In this document: positions 29,159 to 37,916 of the stretch, piece by piece
How positions within the stretch are numbered: position 1 is the first letter of the stretch
How the letters are laid out: each line of letters starts with the position of its first letter
Source of the DNA: a virus
Taxonomy: Duplodnaviria; Caudoviricetes
Length of the DNA: 64,000 bases
Reading direction: 5' to 3' (one strand)
IMG/VR virus record: IMGVR_UViG_2634166429_000001
Location: 29,136 to 93,135 of that record
Notes under the pieces: model-generated
Told to the model about the DNA's origin: nothing
What the model saw: the letters and a program-made list of their open reading frames with translations, nothing else
Database searches by the model: none
Translations under genes and position numbers: made by a program

Positions 29159-29623
29159 TCAGGCGGGAATCCACTCGTCGTTCAGGCGGACCAGAGGCGT
29201 GGGGCACCACGTGCAGATGCCGGGAGTCTGGGTGTCACCGACCTGGGGAACCTCGATGACGTCCTCGTGCCCGCACTCCGGTACGACCGTGCCCATGTCA
29301 GGGCGCAGCGCCTCGAGAACGTGGAGGAGCTGTAGGAGGGCGTAGTCGTTGGACTTCGCGGTCGTGGTCAGCGCGTCGACGTCCGCGGCCAGGAGACGGT
29401 AGGCGGGGAAGTCGTAGGTGGCTGCGTCGGTGCCGTCGCTGTACAGGTCGTACGGGTGTTCTTCCAGCTCGAGGTGGAGGTACGGGAAGTCCTCGTTGGT
29501 GACGTGGAGGGAGGATTCGGCGAGGTAGCCGGCGTCGGTGGAGCCGTCTGAGGTGATGTAGAGGCGGCGGTCTCCTGCGAGGCGGCGCAGGCGTACGGGC
29601 GAGCGGACCTGGAATTTGGGCAT
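29159..29623 (-). CDS. Hypothetical protein
   Basis: Coupled to upstream stop; C-terminal CGH...CTWC. Confidence 0.6.
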   Translation of the reverse strand: MPKFQVRSPVRLRRLAGDRRLYITSDGSTDAGYLAESSLHVTNEDFPYLHLELEEHPYDLYSDGTDAATYDFPAYRLLAADVDALTTTAKSNDYALLQLLHVLEALRPDMGTVVPECGHEDVIEVPQVGDTQTPGICTWCPTPLVRLNDEWIPA

Positions 29624-30003
29624 CACATCACCTGGGCTAGGTCGAGCAGGGCCTGGTCCCAGGTGGTGAAGCGGATGCCGCGGTCGTCGATGTAGGCGAT
29701 GGCGGGCAGCTTCCGGTCGGTGACGAGGAGGACGCCGGTTTCGTTCCAGAACTCGCGCTTCGGGTGGTCGGGCCCGGGAACGTCGACCATGGTGTCGAAT
29801 CCGTGGTCGGCGAGCCAACAGGCGACGGTGGTGGCGTCGCGGGTGGTGTGGATGAAGACGGCGTACGTCTTGGTCAGATGCTCGAGGGCTTCAAGGGTGC
29901 CGGGGAGGGGCGGGTCGTAGATGGTGCCGTCTTGCCAGCCGCGGCTGTAGGCGTGGATGACGCCGTCGAAGTCGATGGCGAGGGTTTGGGGGTGGGAGCT
30001 CAT
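29623..30003 (-). CDS. HAD-superfamily phosphatase
   Basis: IDFDGVIH, HTTR, K, YIDDRG. Confidence 0.85.
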   Translation of the reverse strand: MSSHPQTLAIDFDGVIHAYSRGWQDGTIYDPPLPGTLEALEHLTKTYAVFIHTTRDATTVACWLADHGFDTMVDVPGPDHPKREFWNETGVLLVTDRKLPAIAYIDDRGIRFTTWDQALLDLAQVM

Positions 30004-30010
30004 GGGCTCT

Positions 30011-30045
30011 ACCGTCCCGCTGATCCGCCGTCGTGTTGCCCCTGC
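30011..30045 (-). promoter_or_regulatory. Class B promoter, probably giving a leaderless mRNA
   Basis: GCAGGGGCAAC-18-GACGGT-7-ATG. Confidence 0.6.
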
Positions 30046-30097
30046 CCGGGGCCCGGCAGGGTGCTGGGGGCACGTCCTGCCGGGCCGGCCGTGGGTG

Positions 30098-30283
30098 TCA
30101 GCCCCACCAGGTGTCGAGGGGGGCGACTGTCGGCAGTTCGATCGTCGCGTCGGCGGTGGTGGTGTCGACGGTGACCGTGGTGGTGGTCTCGGCGGCGTGC
30201 GCGGTCGCGGTGAGTGCGGTGCCGGTGAGGGTGGCGGTGGTGAGGGCTGCGGTGGCCAGGATGCGGCGCAGGGTGGGCTTCAC
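30098..30283 (-). CDS. Small secreted peptide precursor (candidate signal), C-terminus LDTWWG
   Basis: RBS AGAAAGGGA; Sec signal MKPTLRR...TAHA-A; Thr-rich spacer; downstream hairpin GGCCCGGCAGG/CCTGCCGGGCC. Confidence 0.75.
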   Translation of the reverse strand: MKPTLRRILATAALTTATLTGTALTATAHAAETTTTVTVDTTTADATIELPTVAPLDTWWG

Positions 30284-30565
30284 GAGCGGTCCCTTTCTGG
30301 GCGTCAGCAGGGTCGGTAGGGATGCTGATGGGGCGTCTTGCCCGGTGTGTCGTACTCTGATCCGCTGCGATCCCCATGTCCGGGTGCGTGTTCTGGCAGT
30401 AGACGCGCGAGGGTGTTGGGGAGGATGTGGAGTACGAGCGCCGGGGGACGCCCCGCAGCTAATTTGCCTTACGCTGGTTCGACTCTCAACTGTTGTCGTG
30501 TGCGTGTGTGTGCATTGCGTGTTGGTGCAGTCGTGCGGTTTGTTTTGGGCGGGGGATCATAAGCG

Positions 30566-31645
30566 TTGGCCATAGATTTCGGTAAGGGTGACGCAGGGTG
30601 TTTGTCTCCGGCTGCCGTGGACGCGTTCGCGCTGATCGCGGCCGGTGAGGACCCATCGGAGCGGATGCCTGACGCGGTCGCCGAACTGTTGGAACTCGGT
30701 TTGGTGGTGCGGGATGTGCGGGAGGGTCACCGGCTGGTCCCGTTGAATCCGCGGGATGTTCTCCGACGCCGCATGATGATCGAATTCGGGGCGTTGGACG
30801 ACTGCCTGTCCCGCATGCGGAGCCTGCCCGGGACGGTGTTGGCGCTCGAGGACGCTTTCGAGCGTTCCCAGCTGCATGCCGGTGGCCGATCCGAGTTCAT
30901 TCCGGATCCGGTGGTGGTGAATGCGCGTCTTCAGGATGTGGTGGGCGGTGCGCAGTTCGAGATCCTGGCGGCGCAGCCGGCCGGGCCGCGGACGAAGGAG
31001 CACCTGGAGGCGGGCAGGGGCCGGGACACTGACGCTTTAGAACGCGGTGTCACGCTTCGGACCCTGTACCGGGCGACTGTCCGCGACAACCCGGTGACGG
31101 CGGAGCATGCCCGGATGATGGCCAACCGGCCCGACGGGCGGTCAGCCGAGTTCCGTACGCTCGCCGAACCGTTCGAGCGGGCCATCATCGTCGACCGCCG
31201 GACGGCGTTCATCTCGAACACGGTTGTGCCGGGCGCGCACGAAAACTCGGCGTGGCAGATCACTGACGGGGCTTTCGTCGCGTACGTCGTCTCGGAATTC
31301 GAATCCCGGTGGAAGCGGGCAGACCCCTGGTTCGGGGAGCTCCGGCCGCGCACGGGCTGGCCGGCCGTCGACACGGTGTCCGGGGCCCAGGGCGTACGGA
31401 CGACGAAAGAGGAGCGGGAGATCCTGCGGGAACTGTGCTCGGGCCGGGACCAGAAGGGCGCCGCACGGCAGTTGGGAATCTCCCTGCGCACGTTCAACGC
31501 GAAGGTCGCGAAGTTGCGGGAGCTGTTCGATGCGGAGTCGGTCCCGGAGCTGACTTTCAAGTGGGCGCTATCGCCGGACCGGCACGTCGACGACAGCGAA
31601 GGCGGCACGGCAGCCGCGGGCGAGGCCGGGTTATCCGCCGCCTAG
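30566..31645 (+). CDS. TrmB/PLD-like sensor domain plus LuxR HTH regulator; two TTA codons
   Basis: AVAELLELGLV; GVTLRTLY...RAIIVDRRTAFI...FESRWKRA; EREILRELCSG...AARQLGISLRTF; in-frame TTA at 31037 and 31631. Confidence 0.85.
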   Translation: MAIDFGKGDAGCLSPAAVDAFALIAAGEDPSERMPDAVAELLELGLVVRDVREGHRLVPLNPRDVLRRRMMIEFGALDDCLSRMRSLPGTVLALEDAFERSQLHAGGRSEFIPDPVVVNARLQDVVGGAQFEILAAQPAGPRTKEHLEAGRGRDTDALERGVTLRTLYRATVRDNPVTAEHARMMANRPDGRSAEFRTLAEPFERAIIVDRRTAFISNTVVPGAHENSAWQITDGAFVAYVVSEFESRWKRADPWFGELRPRTGWPAVDTVSGAQGVRTTKEEREILRELCSGRDQKGAARQLGISLRTFNAKVAKLRELFDAESVPELTFKWALSPDRHVDDSEGGTAAAGEAGLSAA

Positions 31646-31652
31646 GACCTTC

Positions 31653-32414
31653 TCAAGCATCTGCGCCCTCGAGGTCGGCGCCGCCCAGCACAAGGCGCAG
31701 GCGGGCGCGCTGCGGGATGGGGTCCTTGCCAGGAGTAGGCCAGTTGTCGGCCACAACGCCGTACGTCTTCGACGGTTCCCAGAAACTGTCGATCTTCCAC
31801 ACCGCGGCCTCCTTGTACAGGCGGGCCCAGGCCTCCTCCTGCCCCTCAGCCATGAGGTACGAGGTGATGAGTCCGCCCGCGTTCGGGATGGGTTCCGGTC
31901 CAGGGTTGGCCAGACGCTGGGCCCGGAGGTCGCGCCCCCACGGTTCGTGACGTCGGCAGTACCAGACCGCGGTCCGCCACCCAGTCTCCTGGTCGACGGT
32001 GTAGTCCCGGTCGGTGGCGTGCTGCCCGCACAGGCCGGCGCGCCGGATCATGGGCGCTGCGCAGACCCGCTGCCCCCATTCGACGTGCTTGTCTTCGTAG
32101 CGGGGCCGGTCTGCGTATACGAGGTCGGCGAGGCGGGATCCTCGGCGCGGTCCTGGGCCGTACTCTCCGAGGATCTTCGAGGCGCGTTTCCTCCAGCTGA
32201 TCTGGGTGCCGTCGGTGTCGTAGCGGTCGGGGTCGCGTGCGGACAGCCAGGCGAGGAGGAGGATCAGTTCACGGGCTTCTGGGGTCATGCGCTGGTCTTG
32301 GTAGACGCGGGCTACGAGAGCGTCGTAGCCGTCGCCTCCGCTGCCGCCGCCCTTCCTCTTCCGCTTCCGCACGGGCGCCTGCTGGACGTGCGCGAGGTGC
32401 AGGGCTGCTCCCAC
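31653..32414 (-). CDS. Hypothetical protein
   Basis: RBS GAGGAGG; Cys/His motifs. Confidence 0.65.
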   Translation of the reverse strand: MGAALHLAHVQQAPVRKRKRKGGGSGGDGYDALVARVYQDQRMTPEARELILLLAWLSARDPDRYDTDGTQISWRKRASKILGEYGPGPRRGSRLADLVYADRPRYEDKHVEWGQRVCAAPMIRRAGLCGQHATDRDYTVDQETGWRTAVWYCRRHEPWGRDLRAQRLANPGPEPIPNAGGLITSYLMAEGQEEAWARLYKEAAVWKIDSFWEPSKTYGVVADNWPTPGKDPIPQRARLRLVLGGADLEGADA

Positions 32415-32415
32415 G

Positions 32416-32814
32416 TCAGTCCTCCTCGTCGGTGATGGCTTCGATGCGCAGGCCGGGCTGTTGGCCGTTCACGGTGTGGCAGTGTCCGTCGGGTGACGTG
32501 ACGACGAAGTCGAGGCCGCGGTTGCCGGCGCTGGACCACTGCCAGGCGTCGGCGATCTCGCCCTCGTAGATGACGCGGACGCGTGTGCCCTTCCGGGCGA
32601 GCGCACGGAGGCGGGCTTCCTCGTCGCTGAGGGCGTGCATGGGGCGGGGTTTCGGTGCGTGCATGACGGTGACCTGGGTGGGGTGCAGGCCGGGTACGGG
32701 GTTTGGGCACTTGCAGGCGACCTGCTCGGGGTCGGGCGGTTCGACCTTGCAGGACTTGTCGCAGGATCGGCAGTACCAGACCAGGAGCGTCGTCTCGGAC
32801 ATTGGCTCGGTCAT
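32416..32814 (-). CDS. Hypothetical protein
   Basis: RBS GGAGG; CRSC, CKC. Confidence 0.6.
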   Translation of the reverse strand: MTEPMSETTLLVWYCRSCDKSCKVEPPDPEQVACKCPNPVPGLHPTQVTVMHAPKPRPMHALSDEEARLRALARKGTRVRVIYEGEIADAWQWSSAGNRGLDFVVTSPDGHCHTVNGQQPGLRIEAITDEED

Positions 32815-32816
32815 CG

Positions 32817-33386
32817 TCAGCCCTCCCGTCCCGGTCGGCGAGCTTGGCGGACAGCGCGGGCCACGGAACGGCCGACTTCCGCAGCGTCCTGCGGTTCGGC
32901 GGGCACGCTGACGGTGGTCTTGCTGCTGCGCCCGGAGTACCAGGGCAGGGCCAGGCCGTCGTTCTCCGCTCGCGGCACTAGGTGCAGGTGGAGGTGCCAG
33001 ACACTCTGAGTCGCTTCTCTGCCCTTGCTGGTGATCAGGTTCATGGGGCTGCGCATCTGATTGCCGAGGAGAGCGGCCTTGGCCATGGTCCGGGCCGCAA
33101 CGTAGGTGGAGGCCGTGAAGTCCTCTACGTGCGTCTTCGGAATGACGAGGGTATGTCCTTCCACGACGGGGTTGTGGGGGACGATGGCGATGACGTCGTC
33201 CCACTCGCGGACGATCGTGGCGGGTGCTTCGCCGGCGACGATGTCGCAGAACGGGCAGCCGGGCTTGGCTACGCGTTCGGGGAAGTAGACCAGGCCCTTG
33301 TTGTAGCTGGGGTGGGCCGGGTTGGCGAGGCATACGGCGGGGTCGGCGTCCTTGCAGTGCCAGCATGCGTGAGCGGCGTCGGTCAT
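32817..33386 (-). CDS. HIT-family nucleotide hydrolase
   Basis: CPFCDI, GHTLVIPK, ATQSVWHLHLHLVPR. Confidence 0.9.
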   Translation of the reverse strand: MTDAAHACWHCKDADPAVCLANPAHPSYNKGLVYFPERVAKPGCPFCDIVAGEAPATIVREWDDVIAIVPHNPVVEGHTLVIPKTHVEDFTASTYVAARTMAKAALLGNQMRSPMNLITSKGREATQSVWHLHLHLVPRAENDGLALPWYSGRSSKTTVSVPAEPQDAAEVGRSVARAVRQARRPGREG

Positions 33387-33829
33387 CGGGCGTCTCCGCG
33401 GGTGATGTGGTGGATGGCGTCGGCGGCCGTCTTGGTGAGGATCGTGTCGGGGAGGCGTTCGAGCCAGGCGAGGGCCATTTGGTCCAGGCGGGCCACCTTC
33501 CGTTCGGCTTCCTCGCCGGCTCGGAGGTGGGCGTTGATGCTGGCGTTGAGCGGCGCCCCGAAGCGGTGGGCGCGGGCGATCTGCTGGAGGGCGTCCCAGA
33601 ACGCGCGGGCGGCGGTGTCGGGGGTGTAGTCGGGCCCGTATTCGAGGCGGCCGTCGGGGTGGATGGTGACGAGCGTGGTCCCATTGCGGCCTTGGACGCT
33701 GATGCTGTCGGGGGTGACGGGGCTGGCGGCCCACTGCTGGACGGCGCTGCTGGTGATGTACGTTGCGGCGGCGCTGAGGTCGTGGTCGAGGGGCGTGGTG
33801 CTGGTGTCGGGGGTGCTGGAGTCGCTCAC
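33383..33829 (-). CDS. Hypothetical protein
   Basis: RBS AAGGAG; overlaps. Confidence 0.6.
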   Translation of the reverse strand: MSDSSTPDTSTTPLDHDLSAAATYITSSAVQQWAASPVTPDSISVQGRNGTTLVTIHPDGRLEYGPDYTPDTAARAFWDALQQIARAHRFGAPLNASINAHLRAGEEAERKVARLDQMALAWLERLPDTILTKTAADAIHHITRGDAR

Positions 33830-34422
33830 GGTGTGGTGGGCTCCTTGTTCTCGAGGGCGGGGCAGGTGGGGTGCTGCTGGAGGGCTTGGTCGATTGCGAA
33901 CGGGTGGTCGTACAGGCTTGACGGGGGCAACCAGCTCTCGCCGCGGGCCGGGCAGGTCTTGCACTTCCAGAACTCGCCGTTCCGGTCCCGTTCCAGGGTG
34001 AAGCGGTCGTAGAACGGAGCGAGTTTCGCTGCCCGGCGGGTCCAGATGGTGGTGCGGGTCTTGTACTCGCGGTAGGTGGATCCGCTGCCGGTTTCGGGCT
34101 GGTCTACGGCTCGGTTCCATCCGGGCTGGTAGTCGGGGTGGGTTCGCCAGATGCGTGCGAGGCCGGTCATGGTCAGGCAGGGGACGCCTCCGGCGGAGGG
34201 GCTGCATGTTCGGCATCGGCCTGCGGATTGGCCGCGGAGGTCGATCCAGATGTTGTGCTGGGAGGCGATGAGGTAGAGGGAGTCGATGCGGTTGGACTCG
34301 GCGTCACGGGCGGGACCGGGCGGCATCTCGTCGGCAGCAGCCTGGGCGTCGGCGAGGCGGGCGTAGACGAAGTCCTCGCAGCGGAACTCCCACCGCCAGT
34401 GCGGGTCATCGGGGCCCGTCAT
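33826..34422 (-). CDS. DUF6221-like hypothetical protein
   Basis: PCLTMTGLARIWRTHPDYQPGW. Confidence 0.55.
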   Translation of the reverse strand: MTGPDDPHWRWEFRCEDFVYARLADAQAAADEMPPGPARDAESNRIDSLYLIASQHNIWIDLRGQSAGRCRTCSPSAGGVPCLTMTGLARIWRTHPDYQPGWNRAVDQPETGSGSTYREYKTRTTIWTRRAAKLAPFYDRFTLERDRNGEFWKCKTCPARGESWLPPSSLYDHPFAIDQALQQHPTCPALENKEPTTP

Positions 34423-34808
34423 TCGTCATCCTCGGGGTCGTCGGCGCATCCGCAGCGGACTCCGCCCTGATGCTTGGGCGGGTCGGCGGGGACCAGGCGG
34501 AGGTTGGGGCAGCCCTCGGGGAAGCCTGGGCATCGCTCGATGGTGGCGACGGCGGGGTACAGGTCGGGGAAGGCGAAGCAGGCGTTGACGACGTCGGCCA
34601 GGATCGCCTTGTTCAGGGGGATCTCTTCGTTCTTCGGGTGCATGCTGCCGCGGACGTAGCCCATGACGGCAATGTCTTGGACCAGGGCTCGTTCGCGGGC
34701 GGTGAGGTTGTTGAGGAAGTCGCGGATCCTGGCTGTGCGGGCGGCTTCCCGCTTTGTGAAGTAGTCGGCCAGTTCCGCCGTGACGTGGGGCTCGCGGTAG
34801 TCGGTCAA
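34419..34808 (-). CDS. Hypothetical protein
   Basis: Overlapping TTG start; codon bias. Confidence 0.6.
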   Translation of the reverse strand: MTDYREPHVTAELADYFTKREAARTARIRDFLNNLTARERALVQDIAVMGYVRGSMHPKNEEIPLNKAILADVVNACFAFPDLYPAVATIERCPGFPEGCPNLRLVPADPPKHQGGVRCGCADDPEDDE

Positions 34809-35035
34809 AGTGACTCCAGGGTGGGCTGTAGGTAGAAGAGGGGGATGGTTTCCTGGCCGGGGAGTTCGTCGGGGGCGGGTCGTACGGGGGCTGGGCGGGC
34901 GCTGGAGCGCCTTGCGGTGGTGCGGTGGCGGCGTGGGGCGGGTGGGGTGTGCTTGCGGGCGCAGACGGGCCCGTAGCCGGTCGGGGTGGGGTTCTTCAAA
35001 CGTCGCTTGCAGCCCTTGCAAACCAGAGCCGTCAC
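34805..35035 (-). CDS. DUF6011-like Zn-finger protein
   Basis: CKGCKRRL...GYGPVCA. Confidence 0.6.
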   Translation of the reverse strand: MTALVCKGCKRRLKNPTPTGYGPVCARKHTPPAPRRHRTTARRSSARPAPVRPAPDELPGQETIPLFYLQPTLESL

Positions 35036-35274
35036 GCGTCGCGCAGCAGCTCGTACATCCGCTGCCCCTCCGCCGACCGGTCGTTCAGCCAGCCTTCGCC
35101 GTGCTGGTCGCAGTACTTCGAGTCCTCCTCGCTCCCGGGGGCCAGGCGGCAGTGGTCGTGCTCGTTGACGCGGGGGCAGCAGCCGCAGGTGGCTTCGCAG
35201 CACTCGTCGTACGGTTCCTCGGGGGTGGGCGGGGCGCAGTCCTCGCACCGGTCGCCGGAGCAGTAGCGCTCCAT
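35032..35274 (-). CDS. Small Cys-rich protein
   Basis: RBS AAGGAGG; many Cys. Confidence 0.6.
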   Translation of the reverse strand: MERYCSGDRCEDCAPPTPEEPYDECCEATCGCCPRVNEHDHCRLAPGSEEDSKYCDQHGEGWLNDRSAEGQRMYELLRDA

Positions 35275-35275
35275 G

Positions 35276-35410
35276 TCAGGCCTCCTTGCGGGTTCGGATG
35301 CGGCGGATGCCGGCGCGGGTGACGTGGATGGTGAGGGCGAGGAGGCCGATGACGGCTACGTGGGCGGCGACGAGGGCCTCGAGGACCAGCCAGCCCGGCA
35401 CGTCGTTCAT
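35276..35410 (-). CDS. 44-aa single-TM peptide
   Basis: MNDVPGWLVLEALVAAHVAVIGLLALTIHV...; fills an operon gap. Confidence 0.55.
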   Translation of the reverse strand: MNDVPGWLVLEALVAAHVAVIGLLALTIHVTRAGIRRIRTRKEA

Positions 35411-35697
35411 TTCCGGGCCTTCCTTGCTCGGGTGCAGGCGTTGTGCCAGGCGCGCTGGTATCGGTCGCGCTGCGTCTTCAACTCGCGCACTTCGGCGGCC
35501 AGGGCGGCGGCCTCCTGCTGCGCCTCGGTGGGACCACCCGTGATGGCGAGGGTCTCCCGGGCAAGATCGAGGTAGTCCTTGCGGAGCGAGGCGGGCGCTC
35601 GTTTCCAGGCGTCGTCGTCGTCAAGCCAGCCGTGGTTGTGAGCGAGGCGTCGGGCGAGGTGGGTTTCTGCCTGGCTGGGCGTCTGGGTGTCAGCCAC
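35407..35697 (-). CDS. Hypothetical protein
   Basis: RBS AAGGAGG. Confidence 0.6.
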   Translation of the reverse strand: MADTQTPSQAETHLARRLAHNHGWLDDDDAWKRAPASLRKDYLDLARETLAITGGPTEAQQEAAALAAEVRELKTQRDRYQRAWHNACTRARKARK

Positions 35698-36685
35698 GGC
35701 CGGCCTCCTTCGGTTGCTGCTCGATCAGCACGTCCACGCCACAGCTGGCGCACAGCCCTCCGTCGGGCAGGTCGTCGGAGGTGAGCGGCATGATTCCGTC
35801 GCCGAGTTCGCTGGTGTGGCGGGTGCAGTAGATCGACCAGGCGCCGGGGAGGGCGGAGCGGTAGGCGACGACGCGGTTGCTGTCGGCGTCCTTCGCCTGC
35901 TGCGACCCGCCAGCAGGCAGGGTGGGAGCGGGCCACTCGCCGAGTTCCTTCTGCATGACCCGGGCCTGTCGCAAAATGGTCAGCGTCTTCACGCGATTTC
36001 CCCATTGGCGCTGCTGCGTCTGTGCCCGCCGGATCTGAACGTCGATCGATTCGACGCTGGCGTGCTCGAAGAATTCAGGCCGTAGCCGGTCGACGCGCGC
36101 CGGGTCCTCCTGTGTCTCGTCGGCCGTCCGACCCGGCCCGGCGGCAGCAGGCTCGGCGGCCAGGCGGCGGAGCTCGGCAATCACGTCGGCGGCGGTCGTC
36201 CAGGGGTTGCGCTGACACTGCGCCTCGGCGACGTCGGCGGCTTCCCGCAGTACGGCCGCCCGGTCGGCGGGCGCGCGGGTTGCGGCTGCTCGCCAACGGG
36301 CGATCACCTCACGGGCAGCCTCGGGCACCAGGTAGTCCCCGCAGTCGCAGACGAGGCAGGCGTCCTCGAAGTGCTGCGCCTCCTTGTGTCCGCAGATGCA
36401 GGCGGCGGCCCGGTCGGTGCGCAGTCGTTCCGCCTGGGCCTCGGCCTGATCGGCGCGCTGGCGCTGCTTGGTGTAGCCCTCGCCGAGTCGTTCGAGGCGC
36501 TGTTGATAGATGTCGGCGTCACGCGCGGCCGTGTCGGCTCGCTGCTCGGCCAGGTCGGCGCGGACGGTCTCGCGGGTGTAGAGCCGCTCGAAGCGGGCGC
36601 GTTCCTGCTCGGCCCACTCGGTCTCGGTGCAGTCGGCGCGCTGCTTGACGGGAGCTGCGGCGCGGTCGGTGGTGGACTCGGTCAT
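35690..36685 (-). CDS. Mosaic coiled-coil hypothetical protein
   Basis: RBS AGGAG; CICGH/CLVCDC; DRAAVLREAAD motif. Confidence 0.65.
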   Translation of the reverse strand: MTESTTDRAAAPVKQRADCTETEWAEQERARFERLYTRETVRADLAEQRADTAARDADIYQQRLERLGEGYTKQRQRADQAEAQAERLRTDRAAACICGHKEAQHFEDACLVCDCGDYLVPEAAREVIARWRAAATRAPADRAAVLREAADVAEAQCQRNPWTTAADVIAELRRLAAEPAAAGPGRTADETQEDPARVDRLRPEFFEHASVESIDVQIRRAQTQQRQWGNRVKTLTILRQARVMQKELGEWPAPTLPAGGSQQAKDADSNRVVAYRSALPGAWSIYCTRHTSELGDGIMPLTSDDLPDGGLCASCGVDVLIEQQPKEAGRG

Positions 36686-36828
36686 GGTGTGTCTCCTGGT
36701 CGTGTGGTGTGATCGGGGGTGCGGCCGGCCGCGGCTCCAACGCGGCCGGCCGTCCTGCTGCTCCGCTACAGCGGGCTCGTCCCCGGCCTGCGTGCCGCGG
36801 CAGTGCGGGCACATCTGCTCATGCCGGC

Positions 36829-37224
36829 TCATGTGACACGCCCCTGCCGTGCTGCACGCAGCCGCGCCTCATACGCCCGCTGCGGGGCCCGCGCCCGCCG
36901 CGGGTTCTTCGCGTACCGCTCCCGGTCGTACTCCCGCTTCATGGCCTTGCTGGCCTCGCAGGCGTCCTCGCCACGCCTCTTGTGGGCGAGGTAGGTGCCG
37001 TAGCTGGGGGCGGGGCAGCAAGCCTGCTCGAGGAGGCTTGGGGTGACCTTCTGGTCGCAGGGGGCCGGGCAGGTGGCGCACAGCGTGGCGGCTTGGTGGA
37101 TGGCTTGCTGTCGCTTGGGGGCGGCGGCGAGGTTGTCGAGGGCGGTGTCGTAGAGGGCTTCGTGGCCGTAGCAGGGGAGCCGATCCGACGCGAGTCGCTG
37201 CGTCTCGTCTGTTGTCGTGGGCAT
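36829..37224 (-). CDS. Degenerate WhiB-like protein with His/Cys tail
   Basis: LPC...LCATCPAPC; YLAHKRRGEDAC. Confidence 0.5.
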   Translation of the reverse strand: MPTTTDETQRLASDRLPCYGHEALYDTALDNLAAAPKRQQAIHQAATLCATCPAPCDQKVTPSLLEQACCPAPSYGTYLAHKRRGEDACEASKAMKREYDRERYAKNPRRARAPQRAYEARLRAARQGRVT

Positions 37225-37272
37225 TGGTTGCCTCCGGGGTGGGTGGGGTCGCGGGCGGGTGACCACGGCAGG

Positions 37273-37674
37273 TCAGGCGTCGTAGTACGTGGCCGGGTCG
37301 TCCGCGAGCACCGCCACGCCGTCCTTCAACAGCCGGATCGGGCCGGTCTGCGAAGCGCGCTCGCTGGACACGGCGAAGTAGGCGTTGCCCTCGCCGCGAG
37401 CATCGGGCCCGTAGGTGCCGTGCTCCTCCCACGCGTTGGTCGGCCAGTTCCAGCGCTGAAGGATGAACGTCGGCCAGCTGGCCGTGCGCTGCTCCTCGAC
37501 GGCCGACTGCTCCGCGGTACCGGGCCAGGCGATTCCGAGCCTGGCCAGGACGGCGTGGAGGATCGTCCCGGGGTCGGCGCCTTCCTCGCCGGCCGCGCCT
37601 TCGACGGCGTGCCAGGCGGCGTTGTACTCGCCCTCGGTGAGGGGGCGGGTGGTAAGTGGGGTGGTGTCCGGCAT
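37273..37674 (-). CDS. Hypothetical protein
   Basis: RBS GGAGG. Confidence 0.65.
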   Translation of the reverse strand: MPDTTPLTTRPLTEGEYNAAWHAVEGAAGEEGADPGTILHAVLARLGIAWPGTAEQSAVEEQRTASWPTFILQRWNWPTNAWEEHGTYGPDARGEGNAYFAVSSERASQTGPIRLLKDGVAVLADDPATYYDA

Positions 37675-37703
37675 GGGTGGCCTCCGGTGGCAGGGGTGGG
37701 GTC

Positions 37704-37739
37704 AGGTTCTCGCGGTTGGGGGTGGGGGATTGCCCCTGC
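37704..37739 (-). promoter_or_regulatory. Class B promoter
   Basis: GCAGGGGCAAT-19-GAACCT. Confidence 0.55.
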
Positions 37740-37809
37740 GCGGGTCAGGCGGGAGGGGTTTGAGTGTGTGGGGGTCTTGCCTGGCGTGTGCGGGGCGACC
37801 ACCTGACCC

Positions 37810-37841
37810 ACTCTAACGCATATCCCATTGCACTGCCATGG
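37810..37841 (-). promoter_or_regulatory. Class A promoter/operator copy 4
   Basis: CCATGGC-AGT-GCAATGG-GATATGCGT-TAGAGT. Confidence 0.8.
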
Positions 37842-37863
37842 GTTCGACGGACCCCGGGCACAC

Positions 37864-37893
37864 AAAAGGGCGGGCACCCGCAGGCACCCGCCC
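37864..37893 (-). terminator. Intrinsic terminator
   Basis: GGGCGGG...CCCGCCC-TTTT on minus. Confidence 0.65.
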
Positions 37894-37916
37894 CTGAACG
37901 AACCGTCAAGCCCACC

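Noticed and set aside
30350-30437. Inverted TCGTACTC/GAGTACGA in the peptide-regulator intergenic region as the operator
   Set aside because: Only 8 bp with a 72-bp gap; unsupported without homologue comparison.
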